Part shown: piece by piece, positions 1-10,085 of the stretch
Layout: each line of letters opens with the position of its first letter
How positions within the stretch are numbered: the first letter of the stretch is position 1
Assembly: GCF_037042905.1 (NCBI RefSeq)
Contig: NC_087250.1
Span: 17,424,001 to 17,488,000, forward strand
From: Lytechinus pictus
Taxonomy: Eukaryota
DNA: 64,000 nt
Direction: 5' to 3'
Notes under the pieces: generated by a model
Databases searched by the model: none
What the model saw: the letters and a program-made list of their open reading frames with translations, nothing else
Told to the model about the DNA's origin: nothing
Translations under genes and position numbers: made by a program

Positions 1-145
1 GAATTTGATATTATAGTTTTGTAGATAATGCCATGGGTAACGCGTGTGTCAATTTTCGTCGCGATCGCGCGATCGACGGCCGAGATCATAAGGGGGGGGC
101 TGATCCAGTCTTCTTAGGCGTCGAAATAGCCCAGTCTATTTAGGG
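1..145. mobile_element. Right end of a piggyBac-like MITE
   Basis: Ends GAAATAGCCCAGT...AGGG followed by TTAA; shares the cgcgcgatc/gccgagatc motif with the 29368 element. Confidence 0.6.
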
Positions 146-864
146 TTAAGGAGTATCAGAAAGGGAATAATGGTTCTGTATAGAAGCTTTAAAGTGCCAT
201 CTATATCTTGATGAGATGGGGAGATATTGTATCAGGCCAAGTCGACTTTAAATACATCATGTTGACTTATTTACTTTGTAAGTTGACTTGATTATGTTGC
301 CATTTTGACTTATACAAAGTTATGCCATTACAGTGAAATGAAATGTGTTGTTATGGAGACATAAGTAATCTTGCAACTTGGTCAACTTCTAAAAGTTAAA
401 TCTTGACATTACAGCATACCAAGATGACTTAACAAGGAACTACATCACCAAGTCGACTTGTAATTAGTTTAAAGTCAACTTGGCCAGGGGGCGTTTCATA
501 AAGCTTTTTATAATTTAATAGCGACTTTAAGAACGACTGGTGAACAATCCTTACGTACTAAATAATCACCAATGAACATTTAATGGTGAATATCATTTAC
601 CACTAGTTGATCACCGGTTGATCTTAAAGTCACTCTTAACTTTAATAGCTTTATGAAACAGCCCCAGATATTACTGCCATGTGAACTTATAAAGTTAATA
701 AGACAATGTGATAAGGATAATAATTTGACCTGGTGGGTGTTTCATAAAGCTGTTCGTAAGTTAAGAGCGACTTTAAGAACGACTAGTGATCCCTTTTTTG
801 TGGTAAATGGTTTATTCATTGGCGATGGTTTAGTGCGTAAGAAAGGTTCACCAGTCGTTTTTAA

Positions 865-1429
865 AGGGATGGTCCGGGCTGAAAATATTTATATCTTAAT
901 ACATAGAGTAGAATTCACTGAGCAAAATGCCAAAAATTTCATCAAAATCGGATAACAAATAATAAAGTTATTGAAGTTTAAAGTATAGCAATATTTTGTG
1001 AAAACAGTCGTCATGAATATTCATTAGTTGGGCTGATGATGTCAAATCCCCACTTTCCGTTTTCTTATGTTATTACACAAAATAATAATTTTTTCAATAT
1101 TTAATACTTGTGTGAATAATATGTCTCCCTTCTAATGAAATAAGTTGCAGCAATGAATATCTAATGCACGAAATCAGTTGTCGATCCAATTTTTTAGTTC
1201 TTGGAGGAAAAAATTTGAATAAACCTAATTTCATATAATAAAATACAAAAGAACAAGTGGAGATGTGACATCATCAGTCCACCTAATGAATATTCATGAC
1301 GACTGTTATCACAAAATATTGCTAAACTTTGTTATTTGTTATCCGATTTTGATGACATTTTTGGTATTTTGCTCAGTGAATTCTACTCTATTTATTAAGC
1401 TATAAACACTTTCAGCCCGGACCTTCCCT
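865..1429. mobile_element. Kolobok-like MITE (TTAA TSD) nested in a smaller foldback MITE (about 733-1474)
   Basis: TIRs AGGGATGGTCCGGGCTGAAA / TTTCAGCCCGGACCTTCCCT flanked by TTAA; related copies at 55389-55987 and about 58540-59325. Confidence 0.8.
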
Positions 1430-1990
1430 TTAAAGTCGCTCTTAACTTACGAACAGCTGTATGAAACGGCCCCCTGGCAAGATGTAATATCTTGTCAAGT
1501 GGATGTCACTCCAGGCGCTCGTGATTGTCTATTAAGGATTTGGCCAAATGCTAACCTAGCATGCACTATATTCATAGAAGCAATTATTTGAAGAAAAATA
1601 TGGGAAAATTGCAGTTTAGCTCAAGCGACATGACTATATTCAGTTGGCACAGTCTATAGAGACAGCTGAATGAAGTAACTGAGAGTGGTCCAATAAAACC
1701 CATTATCAATGTCAGATTCTGAAATTCTGTGACAGACTTTGCCTCAGCCTATCAGGCAGAGGTGGCGGAACATCAGGCTCGGACAAAGAAAGCGGAGGGG
1801 AACCTTTTGTCTGCCAAACAATAGGTGCCCCTCCACTTTCATTGTATGAGCCTGACGTTCCGCCGCCTCTGCTGTCAGAGTTCATGCAATTAGGAGCAGG
1901 GATTGAATCATGGTCCGCCTTGTCCTAGGCCTCTCAGCTTGACACGATATTTTGGGGAGAGCGTAACAATGCCTAACTTGAAAATAAACT

Positions 1991-2585
1991 AGGGTTTATC
2001 CTAGACTACAGCTTTTGAAAATTCAAAATCATGAATAACACAGGGTTTATCTATTAAGACGACACCTTACATGTATGAACATTCATAAACATGAATAGCA
2101 AGTTTATATAAAGTTCAGAATAACATACCAGTAGGATTTATCCATCAAGTGTCCACCTTATAAATATTCATAGACATGAATAGCAAGGTTATATAATGTT
2201 CAGAAAAACATCGGGTTTATCTATCAAGACGAAGCCTTATGAACATTCATAAACATGAATAACAAGGCTATAAATGGTTGAGAATAACGGTTTATCTATC
2301 ACGACGACACCTTATGAATATTCATAGGCATGAATAGTAAGGTTATATAAAGTTCAGAACATAGTGTTTATCTACCAAGACGAAACCTTATGAACATTCA
2401 TAACGTGAACAAGGCTATAAATGGACGAGAATAACATACCAGTAGGGTTTATCCATCAAGACTCTACCTTATGAATATTCATAGGCATGAATACCAAGGT
2501 TATATAAAGTTCAGAATAACATAGGGTTTATCCATCAAGACCACCTTTATATCAATATTCATAAACATTTATGGCAAGGCTATAA
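1991..2585. repeat. Minisatellite with a unit of about 72-85 bp, 7-8 copies
   Basis: Repeats of gggtttatcyatcaagac..accttatgaayattcatarrcatgaatarcaagg.tata.aa.ttcagaataaca. Confidence 0.9.
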
Positions 2586-3344
2586 TCTATTATTACCGAA
2601 TACAAGACATTTTAGCAACTTAATAAAAGTCATATTTTGCATGTTCGTTTCAATCCGAGACCAAAGCAGTAAACATTTGCCATGATGCCCTCTTCCTGGT
2701 TTTGCCAATTGGAATACTGTACAAAAATTGAGGGCAACATTTGGCATATTTCTGACAGAGCACTTGCGCAGTAGTAGCCGATTTTGATCGCTAATTTCAG
2801 TATTTGCAAAATCTGGTTGGAACTAAGTTGTGAACCAACACATTGTAGATAATGCACGGCGCAACCAGTGCATACACATTCCCAGCTGATCAAATCAAAG
2901 CGCAAGATTTTTACTCGTCAAGTTTAGTGCGTGCCATGCATGATGCGCGACTGCACGGCAATGATTTACGTCATACTTGCTTAGCAAGGATTACTTCGCC
3001 AAGTTCATGAATAACAAGACATCAAAAGTTGTGATAAGCAAACAGGCATATAAATTGTTCCAAATAATAGCTTGAATTACACATTATACAGCCGTAGGTA
3101 ATAACAATATTGACTTGCTCTTCTTTCGGGAAACATCAAATATATCGCCCTTAAAGTACCATACTGCCCTTGTCTAAAGACTCGAGCCAATATGATTCTG
3201 TTGCAGGCAACATATTTGATGTTCCCCTTATTGCCAGTCAATATTATATAAACCTCAAGAGCATCTTGTCAATTGTGAAAGAAGTGCCTGAAATGATGAA
3301 AGACTGACCAAAATCCTCATTGGACAAAGATAAAAATCATTTTG

Positions 3345-3623
3345 TATTTCTTGATTTACTTGATTTACTATCATGGACTTGAGTGATTTTATATACATAC
3401 GTTTAGGTTATACCGAGGTTTGTTTACCTGACTGCTAAGAAAGCATAACTGCCTGTGAGCAAGCAACCAGGGGACCAACGGCTTAAGGTCCTCTCTGAGG
3501 GACCTGGCAATGAGGATACATGCCTTACCAAAGGGCACTAGCGCACGCCACCACTTGGGAATCGAACCCGGATCACCGGAATCCGAAACCCCCGCTCTAC
3601 CGACTGAGCTATCGCGCCTCCCC
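3345..3623 (-). mobile_element. tRNA-derived SINE
   Basis: Head GGAGGCGCGATAGCTCAGTCGGTAGAGCG (A box) and GGTTCGATTCCC (B box), followed by a non-tRNA body and a repeated AGTAAATCA tail. Confidence 0.8.
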
Positions 3624-3815
3624 TTTTTACACTCATATCAGGGGAGAATTACATGAAAAGTTTAGTCAGTGATTTTCACAGACGACTTTGCTCTCAGCCA
3701 ATCAAAAGAAAGGATTTCCAGTAGCTTATAACAATCGTCAGTAGAAATGACTTGACCATTTGTTCCATGGAATTTTCCTCAGATCTTGGCCTTGAGAAAG
3801 ATGATCATTGGCATG

Positions 3816-4120
3816 GGCCTATATTCTGAAGTTGGGTTTAACTTAAACTCAGGTTTAAAGTTGTGGTTCAAGTATGGATAGCCAATTGTTACATAAATCA
3901 CTAATGGTAGACATATCATTTTTCAGCTCATTTAGCTCTCAAATCATTCATAATTGTCTAGGAAGTATAAATAGATGGTTGTCTTCACCATCGATGTATC
4001 AGGAAAGAGCACAGTAAACATAAGAAACATACAACTTAATAAAAAATTTGACACTTTTGGCTCCACAGAGCACAGAGTTAGACCATGGTCTAAGTTAAAC
4101 CTGACTTCAGGAAATTGGCC
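3816..4120. mobile_element. MITE with a second copy at about 36852-37155
   Basis: TIRs containing TCTGAAGT..GGTTTAACTTA / TAAGTTAAACCTGACTTCAG; two near-identical dispersed copies. Confidence 0.75.
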
Positions 4121-4770
4121 AAAGAGTCTGAAATGTGGTACGTTTTTTGCTCGAAAGGTTCAGGCAAAGTGTGAAACAAATTTATTCACCACTAGAATAT
4201 ACAGCCGTGGAGCTCTTTTTTTAGGCTACAATAATAAAAAAAAAATGAATTATTTCCAGATAAACTCTAACAATTCGCTGGGCAGTTATATCATCTCCAG
4301 ACAGACTTACTGTGCAATTTCATGAAGTATGCACCTCCTATGCCCTAAATGTGGGACTATCCTGCCAAGATCGGTTTTCTAGTTGTCCTTTGTCTCTGTT
4401 CTGTAACGTATATGGAGAGTTGTAAATTTCTCAAATTTTATTAAATTATCATGGCTTGAGATGAGAAGTTCATGAACTTATGTTGCAAAGAAGCAAAATG
4501 AGGGTTAGACATACACAATATTTTTTAATGAATTTCATGGAATTGCTCTACTTTTAAAGATTTGCTGGCTACAGGTGGCTAATCCACATATTAAGATTAC
4601 AGGTAAACCGGAATTCAAAAAAGGGCCATTGTCTTTAAGACCAATAACAGCACCTTCATCTCATGAACACATATTAATTCATTTCAATACCGTATGCAAC
4701 AAACACATGTCAACCTATCTCTCTGGAGACATAATCTGATATAAACCACAAGTAATAAATAAACAAAAAG

Positions 4771-4903
4771 CTATGTCAAACGTTGAACGATGACTGCATT
4801 CATTAGTTTGGCTCCCTCTATTGTTTGGCTATTGTCAGAGAGTGTGTTGTTTGGAAATGTGGTCAGAAGAACGAAGGCTTGCCCACTGTACTGCGGTCTC
4901 GAT
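4771..4903 (-). CDS. NSFL1C: NSFL1C/p47 exon 10 (UBX C-terminus and stop)
   Basis: Reads SRPQYSGQAFVLLTTFPNNTLSDNSQTIEGAKLMNAVIVQRLT*, closely resembling the p47 C-terminus. The summed CDS is 1239 nt, i.e. 412 aa plus stop. Confidence 0.96.
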
Positions 4904-4952
4904 CTGAAAATTAGACTCAAGTTAAGGATATCACAAACATGAATACTCTCAT

Positions 4953-5222
4953 TGATAATAATAATAGCTGGATTTTTAAAGCGCTTTTTGCCTGAGGATA
5001 CAAAGCGCTGCTATTATTACCCGAGCTTTAGCTCGAGCTACCATCACCAGCGCTCAGTGCATGCAAGCAATTACTCCTGCCGGGTACCCATTCACCTCAC
5101 CAGGGTCGAGTGCAGTGTGGATAAATTTCTTGCTGAAGGAAAACACGCCATGGCTAGGATTTGAACCCACGACCCTCTGTTTCAAAGGCGAGAGTCAGAA
5201 CCACTAGACCAGGACGACGCAC
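4953..5222 (-). mobile_element. tRNA-derived SINE (second family)
   Basis: TGGTCTAGTGG A box, GGTTCAAATCC B box, AATGGGTACC core and an (ATT)n tail. Confidence 0.8.
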
Positions 5223-5291
5223 CCACCCATATTAATGTTAGATTGCATATGTTTATAAGAGCACTTGGGAGGGTCCGTATACATGTAATTC

Positions 5292-5565
5292 TGGGCCCCG
5301 TCTTACAAAGATATGATTGATCCGATCAACCTCAGCTATATATGGAAATCCACCATTGTCATAATTTCTACTCCAGGAAATTTGCACCATGTCCTTTTGT
5401 AAATACAGAGAAGCACACTGAATTTCAAGAAAACGAACGTATACATGTACATCATATCTGAAAAATATTACTTTGAACAAACATTACAGTTTAGATGGTG
5501 ATGTTGCTGGCTTTCCATAATTGTGGTTGATAGAATCGATCGCAACTCTTTGTAAGAGGGGGCCC
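5292..5565. mobile_element. Harbinger-like MITE family (copies also at about 14681-14950, 30597-31370 split, and 43206-43477)
   Basis: TIRs GGGCCCCGTCTTACAAAG / CTTTGTAAGA.GGGGCCC flanked by CWG. Confidence 0.7.
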
Positions 5566-6493
5566 AGGGACCTACATTGTGTTACATTTTATCACAATTT
5601 CAGATGTTTGTACATGCTCATTTGACCAACATATTGCTTTGGAAATTAATTTTTTCTTAGATTAATTCCTGGTATAATTTTGATATTTGATAAGTAACTG
5701 ATACAATGCCATATTTTGTTTATAATCATTACCATGATCTGCTTTTGTATTCATGTACGCTGGATTTTCAGTATTCATACTCTTTTTAAAAATAAATAGA
5801 TCCCATACTACTACAACTATTATTCAAGGGAAGTCTACCAAAAATAAACTTGCTTTGAAGATAAAAAAAAATTGACCAAACATTATGAATAAAATTTGAT
5901 AATCAGATGTAAAATAAGAGTGTGGTGACATTTCGAAGCATGGCTGATTCTCACAAATTACATGTAGATGTAGTTGATGGTGAAATTATCTTTGATGTTT
6001 GTCTTCACTAGCGAAGACAAACACAACTTCAAGAATTCCTGTGGATTCGAAGATGGCTAAATAAACCAATCTTCGCCCGGTAAAGACTGTTGCAGTGCGG
6101 GCAAGCAAGAGACGGCAGAGGGGCAGGAAAAATACAAAATGAAATGCAAATTGAAATGCTATGCAAATGACAGAGATGAGAATATCACACTTTCTTTATT
6201 TCTCTTGTATTTTATCAATATGTCAATTTTTGCAGATTTCACAATATGGGTCCAGAATCGTACTACAACAATGACAATACCACATGTTTCGGGTCATATC
6301 AAACTCTGTTTCACATTTAATACAATGAGGAAACAATTTGAATATTCCATATTTCATATAATGAAATACAATATAGAGGGCTCTCTGATGTTCGATTATA
6401 TCCAAATCAGTTTTTCAGGGGGACAGTTTTTCCCTTTATAGCGCATTTTCTAGTATTTTGCTCATATGCATCAACATTTGTCCTGAACATAAA

Positions 6494-6922
6494 TAAGATC
6501 ATTGTCGCTAGAGGGTATTCATTTGTCTCGCAATCTACTATGGTCAACAAGGAAATTCGTGATCACTCTCGCAAAAGTGTTCACTGGCTTTCTAGGAAAT
6601 TCGTGATCACTCTCGCAAAAAGTGTTCACTAGCTTACAAGTTCACGAGCTTTCGAGTGCCGCTGCAACTCTTTATCAAGTGACGTATTCTTTTTCGTCAC
6701 TTGATAAAGAGTTGCAGCGGCACTCGAAAGCTCGTGAACTTGTAAGCTAGTGAACACTTTTTGCGAGAGTGATCACGAATTTCCTAGAAAGCCAGTGAAC
6801 ACTTTTGCGAGAGTGATCACGAATTTCCTTGTTGACCATAGTAGATTGCGAGACAAATGAATACCCTCTAGCGATTATTTCAATCCGCAATAATGAACCT
6901 ATTTAGTATTAAGATCATTGTC
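6494..6922. mobile_element. Penelope-like element remnant: inverted pseudo-LTR pair with a hammerhead motif
   Basis: Perfect 180-bp inverted arms (6505-6684 and 6695-6874), a 10-nt loop, a 35-nt one-sided tail, and a 13-bp direct repeat TAAGATCATTGTC at 6494 and 6910. Confidence 0.7.
6697..6736 (+). ncRNA. Minimal type-I hammerhead ribozyme-like motif (U3-A8 variant); mirrored on the minus strand at 6643-6682
   Basis: TCAC-TTGATAA-A-GAG(T)TGC/agcg/GCACTC-GAAA-GCTC-GTGA gives stem I, core, stem II, GAAA and a palindromic AGCT in place of stem III. Confidence 0.6.
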
Positions 6923-6975
6923 TCTTACATACTTTATTCATAGCATACCAATGCCATATTGTGAACCAAACCTAA

Positions 6976-7258
6976 AGGCCCGGTGCCACTGCACTTACGG
7001 ATGCATAGAGGATGTAAACCAGAAAAGAATCTTGCCGTCCGTAAGGTTCCAAAGCGTCATGTATCCATTGTGTACTCTTTGTATGTGTTTCATATGCTCT
7101 ATATCCATCGAGTATTTGTCCACTGTGATTTCATTGTTCGCCCATTTTGTCCATTGGCTGGAGCGGATGAAAACGGAAAGAGCCACCCCGAAATTTTGCT
7201 TGTCTGCTGTATCCGTTATGAATACGCTTTGTATCTGTCGGCCAGTGGGACCAGGCCT
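6976..7258. mobile_element. PIF/Harbinger-like MITE
   Basis: TIRs AGGCCCGGTGCCACTG / CAGTGGGACCAGGCCT flanked by TAA and TTA. Confidence 0.6.
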
Positions 7259-7293
7259 TTAGCTAGTTATACAATACATATTTAAAAGGATAC

Positions 7294-7353
7294 CCTATGA
7301 TAAAATTCCTGATGTCCTCTATTGTGTGGCTGTGGTTGAATTTTCCTGTCAAC
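7294..7353 (-). CDS. NSFL1C: NSFL1C/p47 exon 9 (UBX)
   Basis: Reads LTGKFNHSHTIEDIRNFIIG; followed by a U12-type donor GTATCCTTTT. Confidence 0.95.
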
Positions 7354-8159
7354 CTGAGGAAGGAAAAACAAAGAAATATTATCAGTTACATAGGGAAATA
7401 AAATAAAGAAATCAACCAATAGGGTAGAGGAAAAGCAGTTTAATTGAAATCTAAAATTAAAGTATTTTATACAAAATCAAGTTAAATTTAAAGGCAAAAA
7501 TAAAAAAATTAAATTCATGACAAATATGGTTCACATAATACAATGATGACTATACTAAAAAAAAATAAGTAACAACACATAAATTGTGGATAGATGATTT
7601 CTAGTTAAATTGACCGGACCAGTTTCTCTGACACATGTTTTGAGTACTAGAACACATCTACTGTCCATTCCCACATTATGGACCATATGGAAGTGTACAG
7701 CATTCTGCTAGAGTCACCAAGGGGGGCAGATCAAATAGTTCTAATTTGGGAATATGTGTTTTCATGCAGTTCATAGCTCTTGGGAGTTTCAGGAACAGTA
7801 GATGTCTGTGATTTACACAGACTAATTTGCTGTTAGCCAATCAGATGGAAGGATTCCCGGTAGCTTGTAACATCTGTCTGTGAAAATCACTGACAAAAAC
7901 TCCATGAAACATTCGCCCAATGGGTGAGTTCAAGTCCGGTGTTGGCCTTGGTGTTGAAATTTGGATTGATTCCCCTAGCTCCAAAATCTATTCTGAGTTT
8001 GTAAAACTGATCCAGATCACATTATTGACATCTCAACAACTAGTGAGTGACTTTTCAGGACCATCTTCATTTTCTGTTTGGCCTTATAATAGTGTAAAAA
8101 TTGACCTAACACCAACACCAAAAGGTCAACACTTAAATTGAAATCACCCAATGTCTTAC

Positions 8160-8309
8160 CTGGATCCATCGGCTAATCTCAGCTGCAGTGTTGTTGTAGG
8201 TTGGCTGGGATCTACATCTATTGATGCAGCTGGGGATGCTGAAGATGATTCTGATGGAGTCCCTGAGGGCTGCGTACTTGCACCTCCTGTGGTCATGGTG
8301 GGTGTTGGA
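8160..8309 (-). CDS. NSFL1C: NSFL1C/p47 exon 8 (linker and UBX start)
   Basis: Reads PTPTMTT...IDVDPSQPTTTLQLRLADGSR, the UBX N-terminus; GTAAGA donor. Confidence 0.95.
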
Positions 8310-8367
8310 CTGATAGAGAAAAGCAATATTACATTACTTATATGTATAGCAGTTACTTTGAGGGTTA

Positions 8368-8604
8368 CACTGCAAATACGTCGGTGCTAATTTAACACCA
8401 GTCCGGTATCTATATCGGTCCACACCAGAGAAGCGTTGAAACAACACCATTTAAGAATCAAACCAATATTGGTTACACTAATTGGTGTTGCTTAAATGCC
8501 AAATTGGTGTTAGCCTAATGCCAAACCGGTGTTGTTTCAACACCTCTCTAGTGTTGACCGATATAGATACCAGGCTGGTGTTAAATTAACACCGGTGCAT
8601 TGCA
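8368..8604. mobile_element. CACTA/EnSpm-like MITE (relative at about 58961-59194)
   Basis: CACTGCAAA start and inverted TTTAACACCAG / CTGGTGTTAAA arms. Confidence 0.6.
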
Positions 8605-8636
8605 GGTTATGGTTCAATATATATAGTTCTTGTAAG

Positions 8637-9080
8637 TATGTAACCTTGCAAACACACTTACCAGCCTATCCTGACACAATGTCTAGTGAAAGCTTGGTAA
8701 TTTCCTTAATTTGAGAGCAACAAAGACCTAAAACTCTGTAAACCTTTGAAACACCCTAGCCAACCTAACCTGACACGATTTCTAGTGAAAAACCTATAAC
8801 TCTTGTAAACCTTTGAAACACCCTTGCCAACCTTACCTAAAACAATATCTAGTAAAAGCTTCGTAATTTCCTTGATTTGAGAGCAATAAAGACCTTAAAC
8901 TCTTCCAAATATGTAACCTTCAGAAGAACTCCTCATCAACCAAACCTGACACCATGTCCAGTGAAAGCTTGACCCTTTCCTTGATTTGAGAGCAAAAAAG
9001 ACCTAAATCTCTTTTAAATATGTAACCTTGAAAAACACCCTCACCTGCCCAACATGACACCACGTCCAGTGAAAGCCTTG
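8637..9080. repeat. Tandem repeat of about 110 bp derived from the NSFL1C exon 7/intron boundary
   Basis: The motif tgacac..tgtcyagtgaaagc recurs at about 8672, 8771, 8840, 8948 and 9055; the last copy is the real exon end. Confidence 0.85.
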
Positions 9081-9182
9081 ACTGTCTTCTTGGGTTGAGT
9101 GAACTCCTCGTTCCGATGATCTTCTAAATCCAAACTGACCTCTCCTCCTTTGCCAAGTTGAAGTAACTCATTTGGAATCTCT
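9045..9182 (-). CDS. NSFL1C: NSFL1C/p47 exon 7 (SEP end and SHP box)
   Basis: Reads EIPNELLQLGKGGEVSLDLEDHRNEEFTQPKKTVKAFTGRGVMLG; GTGAGG donor. Confidence 0.96.
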
Positions 9183-9975
9183 CTGAGAAAAAAGGTAAAA
9201 GATAGGCTCATATTTGTTGCAAAGGTGTGCTCTTAAGCTAAAACCATATATGTTCTCTTTGAGAGATAAAGGAGTAAGATATGATATCTGTGTACAACAA
9301 GAGTGTCACTAAGGCAAGCACATAATACACCCACCCGTAACACGGAAAATTGAGATATTGGTCAAGCAAGAAAAGTGGAAGGTGGCAACTTCACCTTTGA
9401 CCTTCTGACTTCAAAATCGATAGAATTCCTGAGATCTATGCAAGTAGAATACACACCAAATAAAATGAGTCTAGGTTAAGTTAAACTAAAGTTATCACGT
9501 TTTACTGCAGAAGGGTAAGATGAAAACATGTCACTGTGACCTTGACCTTTGGCCTTTTGACATAAAAATCGATAGGCTTCCTGGGATCCATGCTAGTATC
9601 ATACACACCACAAAGTTGTAATACTAGACTTCTCACTTTGAAAGAACAGGGCGAATTTGATGAGTTCAATAGAAAGTAACTACAGACTTTTGTAACTTGT
9701 GAAAATTTATCTTTCTATAACCAGAATGGTATTATTTAATGAAATGCTTCTCTCTTTCCTCTGTTCTCATAAATATTGATTTCCCACAGGGTTAAGGAAT
9801 GACATAGGTTTATTACTTTTCAGTTTCTATACCAATAAGAAATGAGTACTGGACACACTGAACATATACTATCCCTAAATAAGTTACGTATTGCTATTTT
9901 GGATTTAAAAGTCACAAAAGACAAAATAAGGAAATTTCTCCAAATTACGACGACTGGAATGAGGGAAATTTTTAC

Positions 9976-10085
9976 CCTTTCATGATAGTTTTCAGGAAGG
10001 CATCGTTCTCTGGTACTTCATATCTTCTGAGATCTCCATCATTTATGCTGAACCCCGTCTTCCACATTTTAAGTACAACGTGAGT
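9976..10085 (-). CDS. NSFL1C: NSFL1C/p47 exon 6 (SEP domain)
   Basis: Reads THVVLKMWKTGFSINDGDLRRYEVPENDAFLKTIMKG, the start of the SEP domain; canonical splice sites. Confidence 0.96.

Larger units (their letters stand above)
4904..7293 (-). other. U12-type (minor spliceosome) GT-AG intron of NSFL1C
   Basis: 5' site GTATCCTTTT (7293-7284) and branch site ATCCTTAAC (4929-4921) about 17 nt upstream of the AG. Both match the U11/U12 consensus, and splicing joins the UBX exons in frame. Confidence 0.92.

Noticed and set aside
653..955. 100-aa ORF, and similar short ORFs at 3975, 6918, 14701 and 58394
   Set aside because: They run across MITE sequences or their junctions and have no coding hallmarks.
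1991..2585. CRISPR-like array
   Set aside because: The whole unit repeats with no unique spacers, there are no cas genes, and the context is eukaryotic.
3545..3623. Possible tRNA gene on the minus strand
   Set aside because: It has A and B boxes but no proper acceptor stem and continues into a SINE body and tail.
6505..6874. Palindrome as a 3'UTR hairpin or a conventional MITE
   Set aside because: The last NSFL1C coding exon is at 4771-4903, so the palindrome is intronic. The asymmetric tail and 13-bp flanking repeat do not fit a TIR transposon.
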